64,000 bases of DNA from Ascidiella aspersa (taxonomy: Eukaryota), in contig OZ004607.1 of the NCBI GenBank assembly GCA_963924565.1, positions 29,512,001 through 29,576,000 of the forward strand. Reading direction: 5' to 3'. A program made the translations under genes and the position numbers. Under the pieces are notes generated by a model. The model did not search any database, had not been told where the DNA came from, and was given only the letters and a program-made list of their open reading frames with translations. Shown here in pieces: positions 1 to 12,774 of the stretch; position 1 is the stretch's first letter; each line of letters opens with the position of its first letter.

Positions 1-805
1 GATTTGCGACTGCAGGTGTTGGGTGTTGTCTTGGACTTTGCAAAAATCAGCGAACTTTATTTGCATAGGTTGAGCAGTTTAAAGGCAGTGCATAAGAGGA
101 TGCAGTTCAGCAGTATTTAGTAGAATTTGTGCGCGGACGCCGACTTTGCAACGAGCAGGGAAAGAGCTGCGTGAGTTTGTAAGCTTTACTAAATTAGAAC
201 TTGAGCCAAAATTTAAGCTTAACCAAATCAGAAATATTTCTATTTAGAGTATTTGGCTCGATTTTTATCTTACTTATGTATTTACAGGAGACTTTCGCTC
301 CGAAGGTTGATTTATTAGCAGAGAGTTCTTGTGTATTTAGTTTTTCTCGTATAAACTAACTAAGACCAATCAAAGTTACGACGTCGGCGGCATCTGTGCT
401 GAAGTTCGAAGGGCAGAAATATCGATAGTCACCCTTTTAGTCGGCCATCTTTCCTGCTCACTGTGGTTGGTTAATTGACAAACATTGATTTTTTATCGCG
501 CCCCAAACTGGATGCGGTTTCAGCAAACAGCGCAAGAAAAGCAGAAATTGGTTTTGTTGCTTATTTCCTGAAAGATTTTAAAGGAATCGCGCGCCTTCTT
601 TACCATTATTTGTTTTTATTTTGCTTTCAGCCATCAGTTTTGTTGCCTTAACTAATAAGAGTTAGCGTTGTTAGATCAATAATCTATGTTGTACCACTGT
701 ATGTTGGTATTATCTGTTTCGTGAAAACAGGACCACCGTGACGTCATCTCACCGCGATTCGCACCTTGGAGTATTTTCTAATCACAGAGCAACGACTGAA
801 ATACA

Positions 806-841
806 ATGTCTTGGCATTTCGTCGAACGATGGCTGCAGAAG
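806..841 (+). CDS. connexin coding exon 1
   Basis: ATG at 806, [12 protein letters not shown], donor gtaaag, phase 0. Confidence 0.9.
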
Positions 842-3800
842 GTAAAGTGTTGATACCATTTTGTTGTGATTGTTTTTATGCGTATGCTTAACATTTTTGA
901 ACACACATTGAGTTATATCAGTTTAAAACATACAGAAATTCGTTGATATCCGGTTCATTGTTGTGCATTATTGCGTAAAATCGATTTAACATTCAGTCTT
1001 TTACCAAAAGTAAAATGCTAATTCTGTTCCGTAAGAAAGGTTAACACTATTATTTTTTGTAATTACATGTAATTTTTGTTTCATTTTACGCTGCGAATCA
1101 TAAATGCACCGTAAAAATTGAAAGCCGCGTGTGAAAAAGAGTTTCCCAAGACGGTGTAAAACGTATTCCCGTAGCATCAATAATGTAGTGAAATAATTGT
1201 TTGGAAAATTCCCTGTGCTGCGTGAAAAGCAACTACACATCTATGGTCGTTAAGCGTTTGACGCATACCATTGTGTCAGAAGATGTTAAAATTGAAATCA
1301 CGTGCCAGCACTTTAGTAACAACAAAAATATAAACAATAAACGGGGGTTCTTTAATTGGGGTCCATGGACCCCTTGGAGTCTAGTTTTAGGGGGTCCATT
1401 AAGGCCTAATTGAAATATTAGTATATATTTAAAAAGTAGTCAATTTTTCAACGAAAATAATTTAATTAAAAATAAAACGGTTCTGCACTGAATGTATATT
1501 TAGATCCCATTTCACTATCCTATTTTCGGATATAGTGTATTTATATTATGACGTCAATTTATGACGTCATTTTTGATATTTTTTGCATACTGTCGTCCAC
1601 GCTAAACAAATAAAAAAATTAGGGGTCTGTGGTAAAAAAAGTTTAAGAACCTATGCAATAAATGAATACGAACGGGTAAACTAGAAGCCCTTCACAATAG
1701 TTTCAGCTGGTTTTCAGCTTAAAAAACGTTTAAATTAGGTTCTTTAAAAAATATACAGTAATGAGAGAAATCAAGTCACAAAGAAAAATGCAGTTGCACA
1801 AAATGCAGTTTGTGCAGATCACATTTCTTTCGGAAGGAAACAACACTATTTACATTGTATCTGTGCAGGTCAACCAGCACTCGACCCTCATCGGCAAGTT
1901 CTGGATCACCTTCCTGATCGTCTTTCGTATCGTTGTCGTGTCCAGCGTGGGGGACCGGGTTTATTCGGACGAACAGAGCGAGTTTAAGTGTAATACGATG
2001 CAGGTAAGACATTCCGGACGTACTAGTGTATTTCATGATCCATGAGAACTTTCGGACCAAAAAATGAAATCCACGCACACGAAAACAAAAACCAATAAAC
2101 TAGCTACCTCGAAGTGTAGGCTAAAGGCCAAGTCAAACGACAAAAAACAAGTTATTGCTCTTACAACTGAAATACATGGCCCAATAATGCATTCGCCAGT
2201 ATATTTTTACGTTTATTGGTAGCACCAGGATGAACGAGGTTGTGAGTTTGGATTTCAGTGATCGGTTTTAGCTCCTTTAAAGATATTCTACAGGGCACAC
2301 TAATTTTGGTATTTAAGCGGGTTACCGGACATATCGTTTTTGTTAAAAAATACTGATCTACTAAAAAGGTTTAGTTTCATCGTGATTCGTGCATAAATTA
2401 AAGGCTTTTCATTCAAAAATACCGCAATATTGCCGTTTACTTAACGCGCGCTGCCAACATACCCACTGAAAACGTAAAAACACATTTTCGAAAAGTTGAC
2501 CCTCGGGTTTCACTACGGTCGAAAACAAACGCCCAGCATTGCAACACAACGCCAGGCCCCGTTGTTATCAATATTACATACGCAGCACGTAACGCAGCAC
2601 CGTCGCTGGTATACAGCACGTTTGTGAACCGGTCCGGGCGCAACTTCTGCGAGTGAATAATTTATCGGACTCTGTTCGCAGGTGGCCTGTCTCTTTTCCC
2701 TGTCTATGGGAGGCCTAGGCACTATACGGGCGTAGATTGCCGGGGATGATTGCATCGGTCGAGTTGCATATACAGGTTTAATTGAGCGTCGCGTTTCCGA
2801 CGAACTCTAAATAGCCGTCGATTGGAACAACATGCGCGTTTTGTAATGTATATATACAAACTTGAGGCGCGCTTACAGCGTTTGTCGATTCAATCGTATA
2901 CACGTTGAGACAATCGGAGGTCGACACTTTGAACGTTGACACTATGTGTTAACATTTTATTATCCACTGTTGTGTAATTATTTTAATAACTTTTTTCTTT
3001 TTTGTCGTTCCTGCGTCATTTTCAGTCCCTTTTTGTCGGCAATTTTTTTAGAGGGCCTAACATAAACATATTTTAGATATATTTGGTTTGGTGTATACTT
3101 ACCATCAGCCTCCGAACATTACCGTATCTTGAGAGATCGTACTTTATCTGAGTTCATTTTCAAGTTATTTTTTTGGCCATAAATTTAATAACTATTCATT
3201 CCTCGCCTCGTTAATAATGATATACAATACGCTTATATCAATATTCATTAAATTTCTAGCTGTCTTTGCAATTCCTCAGCACAATCTTATGCGACTAGGA
3301 AAATGCACCTCAATTAATATGTCAGTTTTTCTTCTGATGTGAAACAAATTTATAGCTCCGCACGAACTGCTGAACAAGTGGAGACAAAACATGACATTTT
3401 CCTTATTTCACGTCTTTTGACGGCTTGATTATGAGCTGCATCGAAGTAACAGGTATAGCAAATCAATATTACGTCAGTCCCAGTTCGACACAAGCGTATG
3501 GGTTTGGTTGTGATCCTATATAACTCCTACACATGACGTTATTTCCGTCGAGAATTTAGTTTTGGAAAGCAAAGCGTTGTAGAAAAAAATGAGCCCTAAA
3601 AAACAACGCTGTTTCAGTGGTCATGGCAAATCCTACACCAGCTATATTTATAGGTTTTGTTTTTGGTTGCTGGTACAATTCCAACCCAAAATTAATTATT
3701 TCCCTTGTCGCAGGTCGGGTGTCCAAACGTTTGCTTTAATCAGTTCTCGCCCATATCACATATACGATTCTGGTCGTTTCAAATCCTGATGGTCACCACG

Positions 3801-6800
3801 CCGTCCATCGTATTCATGGTCTACTCGGCCCACCAGATTAAGAAGAAGCCCTCCAAGGAAAAGACCTCCAGTAGCGGCCCAACGCCGTCTCCGGTTAGTA
3901 TCCGTTAACTGTATTTTCCTGCGGCTAGACGCCCTTTATTTGTTTGTCGTTGTTTTGTTTTCTTAGGCAAGGACCGATTTATGACTGTTTTCCATCTAGA
4001 GTTACCTCACGTGCGCTTGTGGAAATTTAACCTCCGTTGGAAACGTTTTCCGTTTTCGTTTCTAGTCTAACATTTTATTCAGCCTATTGCTTAAAATGAC
4101 AGTCCGCTCAATCAAATACATAAAAACGGTTGGCGAATATGGGACAGCACGCCTTATTAGTTAGCTTAATAACCGGTTGGTTGGTAGCAATTTGTAGAGT
4201 GTTATTATAGGGTTAACCACTGGTTTGACATTAATGTATTTTGTTGGTGACGACCAGGCCAGGGTATTTGCAAGTATTCGAAAAAATCTAAGAAAAATAA
4301 AGCCACTGTCTTGACCAAAATGAATTTAATAGAAAAGAAATGTAAAACCTACAACATTCGATAAATTGCTATAATTTTTTTAACATATTTTCTGCAGACA
4401 CTGTGTGTAATTTAAACAAGTGGATTGGCTTTGAATAAGTATTCTTTTTAAACGTTATTGCCATCAGGCTGTAAAAAATGTTTAACTGAATGAGAGCGAT
4501 AGTGTGTGTGTCGCAATACCTGGCTTCCATACGGGAAATTTCTAAGAAATCTAAAGCAATCCAATTAGGCAGCCAAAGGTATGAATCACATCGGCGATCG
4601 TGGTTGGCATTCCAAATATACAGTAGATTCTTAATTTTACGGGCTACGCTATAAGCTTAATCGTGTTGATTTAAAACATAAAAAATACAACCACCGGACA
4701 CCGTGGATTTCAAACACAATTCAACTACACCTGTTTCGTGAAGCAATGGTCAATGTCGATAAACCTATATAAAAATATGTGCATTAAGCCAAAGGTCATG
4801 GGCAAGTTTGTATACCACTTGTTATTTTGGCTTCTTATTATCGACGTACTAAAGAGCTAAAGTTGTAAAAGTGGGAACAGTAAGCTTGGCTGGCGGTGTT
4901 GAATGTTTTCGAAAAAGCCTTGCAAAACACGTTCCTTCTGAATTAACTGCATCTTTGCTTGCTCTAATAGAGCCTTCGCAAAACGCGCCTAAAGTACTCG
5001 GCGAATGTTTGTCCAAGCCGGACAGCTTCCATGCCGCAATCAATCGCGCGCGCAATCCTTCAGCGAATAATGCGACGCTTGGCAGGCGCCGGGCAATCAG
5101 CGCGGCTCACCCGGACTGCCATAAAACAACAGCACGATATATGCGTGAGCTGGGGACTTGCTTTCGTACATTAGGCCAGGCGCGGCTATCGACCCAGATG
5201 GCGAAAAAACTTTCGCCCGTTTAATTCAATTTCACCAGTTTGAAATCGTCGAGTGCAGCCCTGGAGAGCCGCCTTGCAATTACGTAAAGCGTCGCGTCTT
5301 CGATCCGTCCGAAAGTCCAGAAGAGCCTCATTTCTTGCGATTGCTCCCCGGGGATCCCGCTTGCAATTTGTCGACGCGATCGCCCTGGAGCTTCACTCGC
5401 CCAAAGCCAAAGCAAAACTAATCAATAATCAGCCGACGCGGGGTCGCGCGTTAATTTGAAACAAGTAGACCGCCGACACCGGTGCAGCCGCTATGCGACG
5501 GTCTAAATTTCACGCTGCTGACGTCAAGTTTCTGTTTAGTGACGTCGTGCCGTGGTTTCCGCAAGCGTAAAATGTCGCAAGGCTAAAACCGCAAATGGGC
5601 GTCGTTTTCCTATTTTGCAATCGATAAACCTGCTGAAGTGCAACAACAGTAAGACGACGCAGATTGAAATCAGCCCAAAAATAAGCCTAAGGTTAGGTCA
5701 AGGATTTACCGACGAATTACTTACTGAGACGTGTAGTAAACAATAAAAAAAAGAAAACTAAACTTATTTAAAAAAAAAGTCCTGTCAATAATTTTATTCA
5801 CAATATTAATGAGTTGAACGTATGTTGACATTTTACGTTATACTTTGTACCCATCGATGATCACTCGTAATAACTTCAATGATGACACCGCTACATTGAC
5901 TTGAAATTTGCAGCTTAATTTTCATGATATGATTTTTTGTAAAGTTTGCCTTATTTCCGTGTAGACCAAAAAGGCAGAGATGCAAGCAAATGAGGGAGAC
6001 GATGACGAAAGGAGAAGGCGAAAAAGGTTTGTTTACTGGTTACGTTCGTTTCAATACTTTGTTGATTAGGGCTTCGTACAGTGCATGTGGTTATACTTTT
6101 TGTTCATATTTAATTTAAAGCATGGTCACAGAAATCAAAAAAAAATATTACGGAAGGTAGAACATGGTCTACTTTCTGAGGCATGCATTTTTGCTCCGTT
6201 TTTAAACAATATCAACATTACGGCTTAAAAACAAGAACACAGTATATTTGCTTCCTTAATCTCTTTATTGCTTTTTGCAACTGGGTTTTGCGTTATCGCA
6301 CGGAAAATAACCATCATCACACATTTAAAATGCTTTTTATTTCACATGGAAAACTATATTTTTCAACTTGATTGTCCGTTAACCAAATTTTTCATCCATA
6401 TCTACGCCTTATTCTTTTACAACTGGTACGCCAAATGTAAACGCCTTTGTCTGTACGACAGCGTACCAAAGATATTTAAATTTTAGGTATGTTCAAATTT
6501 GAAACAAGTACAAATTTAGGAAATCGACTGTAGACTCCAAATACTGGCGTAGTACTTTCCTCTGACGAAACTCGGTTGTGCGAAAGTTAACAACGAAATA
6601 CAACTGATTAATCAACGACGGCAACCAACTTTTCATATATTTTAAAGCGGCAGGTCGGCGCGTCCCACTTCGCTGATGCCCGGCCAGGAACTGCAGACGC
6701 GGGCAGATGCGGCCCTGGACGCGCAGAAGATCCGCCAGTCGGTGATGCAGGAAATGTTCGGCGACGAGAAGTCGGCCTTTACCCAACATTACGTTCTCTA

Positions 6801-9800
6801 CTCGGCCTCCGTCCTAATGCGCACCCTCGCCGAGGTGCTCTTCATTCTGCTCCAGGTCCGTTTTTTTAGTTTAATTTTCTTTGGAGTCTTGCTAACTTCG
6901 TTTAAAGCAATGTTTCTTAATGTTTTTTCACGGCGACCGAAACACCGAAGCGTATTAGTTATAATAGAGAAGCCTTGGCTGGACATATCTTGATTTTATT
7001 GAAATCACTAAAAAAACGTGTATTGTGTTGCAAAGTGTATCGGTAGCCCCCACGAAAACAAAGTGAAGCAACACTAGATGATTCAAATTCTAGAAAAAAA
7101 ATGTTTTTCATGAAAATAACATTTTAAAAAGAACAAGCACCAGTAATGCGCGAAATAGCTTATTTGGTGTTCTATATTCGTCTTGAGTGTAAGCGCCTTT
7201 AGTGTAGGGATGTTTCCCGAATTTCATCTTCGACAAAATGATAATCGTTAAATGCGTTGAGCACTTGAACTAAGAAATTAGCTATCACTAAACCATATTT
7301 ACGTTACAAAAAGCAAAAAACAGGGTGTGTTAATAGCATTTGATACTTTTTCAAAAAAATATATTTTTGAGAGAAACAACCCCGTTTTCATCTAATTCCT
7401 GTTTTGTTTTCCAAGTTTCCTAATTTTAACTTTGTTATCACGGTTTAAACCCGTTTTGCTGGTACCTATACAACAATAGTATATGACTACATAGTATTGA
7501 ACTGGGGTTCAATTCCATTAAAGATGGCTCGATGTTTACTTTTTTAATTTGTTTATTACTAATAAATTAATAACCCGTTATACATTGGCCGTGCTTATAT
7601 GCTAATTACTATCTATAACGTAACCAAATGCCACGGTGGATTTGAATATTGGCCAAATAATCGTCAAGGGGGCGATTATAACATTGGCGTTGTACCCCAA
7701 GCAGCACTCCATATGTCGCGTAATCTGTAATTAGTGCTATTGATGGATTTTGAAATTGCTACAAATTACATGGATTGTAGGGCCTACCCTATACTTAAAA
7801 GCTCGGGATGCGCAGATCAATATAGCTTATACGGCCGCTTATTCCTATCAAATCCAGATAATGTAGGGATATGGATTTATCGTGTTCTTCTAGTGGCGTA
7901 AAAAATCGGTAAAATTTATAATCACGGTTTGGTGGTCAAAGAAACCTAATTATGATGATAGACTTTAATCTGTTCGGGGCGATGGACCTCTTAGATTAAA
8001 GCAGGGGTTCTTTTTTACCGCGGATCCCGGTTTTCTTGTTGTTCCGCATAGACCAGGCTTATAGGCAAGATATTTTAAGAGACGATGTCATAAATTAACG
8101 TCACAATGCAAATAGACTCCATAAATCTTCTGAGCAGGGTCAAAAAATGTGAAAGTGGAATGGCGTCTAAATTGATTCAAGTGCAAAAATGTTATTTTTA
8201 ATCAAACAATTTTTCTTTAAATTGATTAATTTATAAATATACCGTAATGTTTCAATTATGCCTTCATGGACCCCTTAAAACGAGCTCACGTACCGCCTAG
8301 GGGTCCATGAACCCCAGCTTAAGAACTCCTGCATTAGAGGGATGAAAGACTAGACAAACTTCAATACACAAACTTAATTGTAGAGTTGTTACCTATAAAT
8401 ATGAACATCATACTGATTACTCGAAACATTACAGAATCATTCGGCCTGATAAAAATGAATGCCTTTGTTAAGATATTAACTTACTACATCGACCGTTGAA
8501 GGTATATAACTTTTTTATGCTTTCATCGACCACGATATTGGACTAGTTCCCTATTCTTTGACTTGAGGATTAGTTTTCAAGGATGTTTAGCGAATATATT
8601 GGCCTTGAAATAAACGTCGCCAAACAATGTTTTAGGCCAAACTTTCAAAAAAATCCTAACTTTTTATATACTCATTTAAAATATAACCGCTATAACAACG
8701 TTTTGAAACGTATTTCAGTTAGGATTTACGCCATTTTATCCTAAATTCACACCTCTTAAAACACCATTGTCGTTCTTCCTATAGGCCAGAAGTTATTAAA
8801 CGTGGGCCCATTGACTCCCTTGGGGATCCGAAAAACAGATTTAGGGGGTCTATGAAGGCCAAATTGAAATATTAGTGTATATTTAGAAAATAATCAAATT
8901 TTCAAAGAAAAGGGTTTAATTAAAACTAAAACATTTTAGCACTGAATGTATTTAGACTCCATTTTACTAAATTCATCTGCATATTTCTGAAAGCCCATTT
9001 AAATTGGGACGTAATTCATGACGTCATTTTTGAAAAGTTTCTTGCCTATCGTGGTCTACGCAAAGCCAAAAAAACAAAATTTAAGGGTCCGCGCTGAAAA
9101 AAAACTTTAAGAATCTCCTGTCATAGTATAGAGTTACAGACCATGTATTATCCTTGTCGCCTCGCAAGTAAACCAAACACCCTTTTCGCCGTTTGCAGTA
9201 CAAGCTGTTCGGCTTCCGCATCTCGGAGCTATACCAGTGCACGGGATACCCCTGCCCACACGTCATCGACTGCTTCGTGTCGCGACCCATGGAGAAGACC
9301 ATATTCCTCTGGTTTATGTTCGTCATCGCCGTCATCTGCCTTTCCCTCAACGTCGCCGAAATGTACTACCTGATTTGGCAGGTGAGGGTCCGAAATTGCA
9401 AAACTATATATGGCACATAATAAAAATATCAATACCCGTACAGAATAGGTATCATTTTGAGCGTTTCGAATAACTCATTATTCATTTTTTTTCTGACGTT
9501 GAAAATGAATAAAGAGTTATTCGAAACGTTTAAAATGATACCTAAGTCTGTATGGGCTTTGATATTCTTATTACGTCTTACCACAAACTCCAACCATTCT
9601 GCTCCAAAGGATATAGCACATCTTTCCGCTATTGTAAAAAAAAATCAGTTTATTTCAATACCATTTCATTTTTCATCCAGAATTGTGGTGTAAAGAGAGC
9701 TGATAGGTCCGATACCAATCCTTTACCACCCAAGTCAAATGGATCCATGATCTGGGTCGAAATAATTACAAATGGTTTATAAATTTATGTTCAAATATTA

Positions 9801-10467
9801 ATGTTTTTTATTACTGAAATAGTGGTTTTTAGTTTCCTAATGCTGCATAATAATAGTACTTAAGCCAAAGTCGTCTGTTCATCTACACTTGCCTGCGGCT
9901 GTTTTCTAATATTGTCCTATACTATGAATAAATGTTCTTACAACATGCAGCCTCGACGTTCACCCATAGTCATAAATAATAATTCGCTTTTAACTTTAGT
10001 TCGGCGTCCGTCGCGCCCGACTCGAGCGCCGTCGGCACCGACAGCGGCGCCAGACCCTCTCGGAAGCACGCGGGGTCGCCTTGGCCGACGCCGAAATCCT
10101 GGACGGTGGGATCCTGTCCGCGAATCAGCCGCCTCCCCCCGATTACCGGGGTCTGGCCAGCATGGACGAACACGAGGCCATGGCCCTGGTTCCGGCCGGC
10201 GCCTCCGCCCCTGGAAAAACGGGCATGGCTATGAGCTTTAGTCTGGACGACGCCATCTTGCCTGAGCACGGCGGCGCCGGCGCTGCCCGGTACCCAAACT
10301 ACAGCGGCCCGAATCACCAGGCTGTTGGCAGCGCTGGAGGTTCATCGCGCAGCAACAACTTTGTGGCGCCGGTCGAGGTGACCCTGGTCGACCAGCCCTA
10401 CCTGGCCACGAACGCGGCACGCGGCACCGACAAACCAAAGGCCAACGATTACTACGACTACGTTTGA
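806..10467 (+). CDS. Connexin (gap junction protein), 7 coding exons, ~421 aa; N-terminus resembles gamma-class (Cx45-like) connexins
   Basis: Exons 806-841, 1869-2003, 3714-3893, 5965-6026, 6654-6855, 9199-9381, 10000-10467; all GT-AG and in phase. Begins [38 protein letters not shown]1 C-x6-C-x3-C ([12 protein letters not shown]), SHIRFW, EL2 C-x4-C-x5-C ([12 protein letters not shown]), SRPMEKTIF, four TM segments; ends YYDYV*. Confidence 0.96.
1342..1655 (+). mobile_element. hAT (Charlie-like) MITE, family A, copy 1
   Basis: Ends c(a/g)ggggttctt...ttaagaacctatg, caataaa on both flanks; body similar to the 8002, 8787 and 18633 copies (ggggtccatggacccc, tgacgtcaatttatgacgtca). Confidence 0.8.
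1869..2003 (+). CDS. connexin coding exon 2 (TM1, start of EL1)
   Basis: tgcag|[12 protein letters not shown]...EFKCNTMQ|gtaaga. Confidence 0.95.
3714..3893 (+). CDS. connexin coding exon 3 (EL1, TM2)
   Basis: cgcag|[20 protein letters not shown]...PTPSP|gttagt. Confidence 0.95.
5965..6026 (+). CDS. connexin coding exon 4 (cytoplasmic loop)
   Basis: tgtag|[20 protein letters not shown](R)|gtttgt; phase 0->2, needed to join exons 3 and 5 in frame. Confidence 0.8.
6654..6855 (+). CDS. connexin coding exon 5 (loop, TM3)
   Basis: gcag|..[11 protein letters not shown]...[22 protein letters not shown]|gtccgt; phase 2->0. Confidence 0.9.
8002..8331 (-). mobile_element. hAT MITE family A, copy 2 (inverted)
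   Basis: TIRs caggggttct / aagaactcctg; 8-bp flanks gattaaag / cattagag. Confidence 0.8.
8787..9120 (+). mobile_element. hAT MITE family A, copy 3
   Basis: cagaagttattaaac...tttaagaatctcctg; body aligns by eye to 1342-1655; TSD not clear. Confidence 0.75.
9199..9381 (+). CDS. connexin coding exon 6 (EL2, TM4)
   Basis: ttgcag|YKLFGF...[23 protein letters not shown]...YYLIWQ|gtgagg. Confidence 0.96.
9499..9558 (+). repeat. dispersed repeat fragment, shared with 37465-37524
   Basis: ttgaaaatgaat.aagagttattcgaaa.gtt.aaaat.ataccta..tctgtatgggct present at both sites. Confidence 0.7.
10000..10467 (+). CDS. connexin coding exon 7 (C-terminal tail)
   Basis: ctttag|[12 protein letters not shown]...KANDYYDYV*; GC-rich codons, in frame with ORF 10081-10467. 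Confidence 0.9.
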   Translation, partial: FGVRRARLERRRHRQRRQTLSEARGVALADAEILDGGILSANQPPPPDYRGLASMDEHEAMALVPAGASAPGKTGMAMSFSLDDAILPEHGGAGAARYPNYSGPNHQAVGSAGGSSRSNNFVAPVEVTLVDQPYLATNAARGTDKPKANDYYDYV

Positions 10468-11121
10468 TGAGGAACTGCTGAATTGATCTGGAACTGTGCT
10501 GATCCGGCTGTAGCTTAAATACAGTTACTTGCCAGGCCGACGTTGTCCCTTGTCCGGTGCTTTCAGTTACGATGTTAAGAAAATGGGGAAGGGGCTGTTA
10601 GGCGCCGTCTCGTTGGACTTCAGACGCCTTACAAACTTGGCGCACTGAATACTTGACCGACATGTAGCAAATTTTTCTAGCCGTAAACACTGTAGAAATT
10701 AGTTCATGCCGTTTTCGCTTTATTGCAATCCTTTAAATGGTGCAGTTTTCCACTTTAAATCATTCGTTGTAAAGCTCAGTTCCAACGTTCTAATTCAAGC
10801 TCGGCCCTTGCTTGAGTTGTGCTATCAGACGTCTTTTGTGGAGATGACGAATTGTCTTCAAGACTTGAAGCCTGTCTAATCCTCATCGTTCCAAGTATAT
10901 TGCAATCGATCATCAAGCATTTTGCAATCACTTATTTCTTTACGTTTGATCTTTAAATCAATTACACCATGCCTGTAGTAGGATTACTACACTATTGAAA
11001 CGGGTGCGTAGCCGACCGCTAAAGTGTGTTTTGCTAGTTTCGAATTCTTGGAAATAAGCCATATTTACAAATAAATTGTAAATAGTCACCTTATAAAATA
11101 ATCCGAAAAATACCTTCATAA

Positions 11122-11183
11122 AATAAATCAGAGTATAAATTACTCTTATGCAGATTTGCACCGCAAAATAAGTTTTAAATAAA
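11122..11183 (+). terminator. candidate connexin polyadenylation signals
   Basis: AATAAA at 11122-11127 and 11178-11183, followed by T/GT-rich sequence. Confidence 0.5.
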
Positions 11184-12584
11184 CATCATGAAAATTGACC
11201 ACAGACCTGTTTACCTTCATTTGTTTGCTGTTGCTATTAGAATTTTCGTGCAGCGCATAATCATGTATTATGAATGATCATTTGAAATTACTCTGTTTCG
11301 TTGATTAAAAATCGTTCAAATCGTAGCATCATTCGTCTAAAATTTTGAACTTGGCAAAAAACACTTTGATACAGGTCCCGTGACCCGCGAAGATAACATT
11401 GTATGGACACCTCGAATGCTGCTTCACAGAAAGCATGAAGACATTTCTCGTTTCATGGAAAAAGTCGTTTGTTTGCAAAGCTAAAGTTGGTTCGATGCTG
11501 TAATTGCACTAAAATTGTTTTCCAGAGTTTGTGCGTTGCGTGTAAGCAAATTTCAATCATTTTCGTCACAGAATTGAACGTCGAGTCGCTTTCGTCGCTG
11601 CGTTTGTGTCGCTTGCATGATGCAGTGTGTCGCTTTCTTCGATAAGTTTGTCGCTTTCTTTGGTTTGTTTCCGTTTTAACAATCACACGACCAGTGTGCA
11701 GCGTACACGGCCGCTTACACCGAGTTTATTTAATCAATGTTTTTCCTGTGTTCGTTTACGTCTGTGAATAGGGCTATTTCAAAAGCAACCGCGGGTATTC
11801 ATCTTACTGAGTTTTCAAAACAAATCTTTTAGTAAGGTAAATATGCCACTTAATCTGGAAGGTAAAAATATGAAGATTAACCGTACCCGGTTGCATTTGA
11901 AAAATCCCTGTAAACTTGTCTTTTTTCGCCCACTGCCCCGTCGTTGCAACGCACTTATCCTATAATACGCTGTACAAACGAAAGGCGTTTTCATTTTTGC
12001 TCGATTTGCGTTGTACAACTTTTTGCGATACGTACTATCCGTAGGCATATTCCTTAGTGTAGCACCTATGACGAATAAAACAATTAGAAAAAAAACGAAC
12101 AATATAATTTAACACAACTTTCGAAACTAAAAAGTTCCGATACCGAAGGGTATGAAATGCTATGTACATAAGATTAGTGTCTCAAGTAAAAAATACCCAA
12201 AATACTTGAGTCCACGTTGCAAATGTAGACTCTAAACAACGATGTAAAACTTCTTTAACTAAGCAATACTTTTGAACTATATTAACACCGCTCATTAGGT
12301 GTAAATAATAATAAAACTATCACCAGAGGAAAATCCAGATTATTGATAGGAATTTTGGAAATACAAAAATTCGTTTCAATAATGTCAGGCCAAATGTTAC
12401 TGTAGTCACAGTAGAATCTGCAAGTATACAGATTGATATATGGTAAACCGCAAGTTTTATATTCCTCGCGGAGTTCTCGTCAGTTAAAAAATAACTTTAA
12501 CAGTATAATAGATTGTTATAGGTATGGAAATAGTTAATAAATCCATTTCGCAGTACAACAGATATGTCCGTTCTGCTCCCTTTG

Positions 12585-12774
12585 AGCTTATGCAGCTCAG
12601 TTGGTTGAGAGCGACGATTGAGGTGAGGCGAAGGTGGTGAGTTCGAACCCCACGTCAGGCTAGTTGCTTTTATAGACTGGATCCTTCAGTGCAGTAATGT
12701 TTGATTGATTTTGTTGGTCTATTAAGACTACCGGTGTCCTATGGTAGGTGAGTAATCGGTGAACAAAAAAACAC
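12585..12774 (+). mobile_element. tRNA-derived SINE (or tRNA pseudogene with tail)
   Basis: A box (cagctcagttggt) and B box (gagttcgaaccc); degenerate acceptor stem gcttatg/cgtcaggc; no valid anticodon arm; unrelated 3' body ending in aacaaaaaaacac. Confidence 0.7.

Noticed and set aside
12585-12661. Functional tRNA gene
   Set aside because: Acceptor stem is imperfect and no anticodon stem-loop forms; treated as a SINE head or pseudogene
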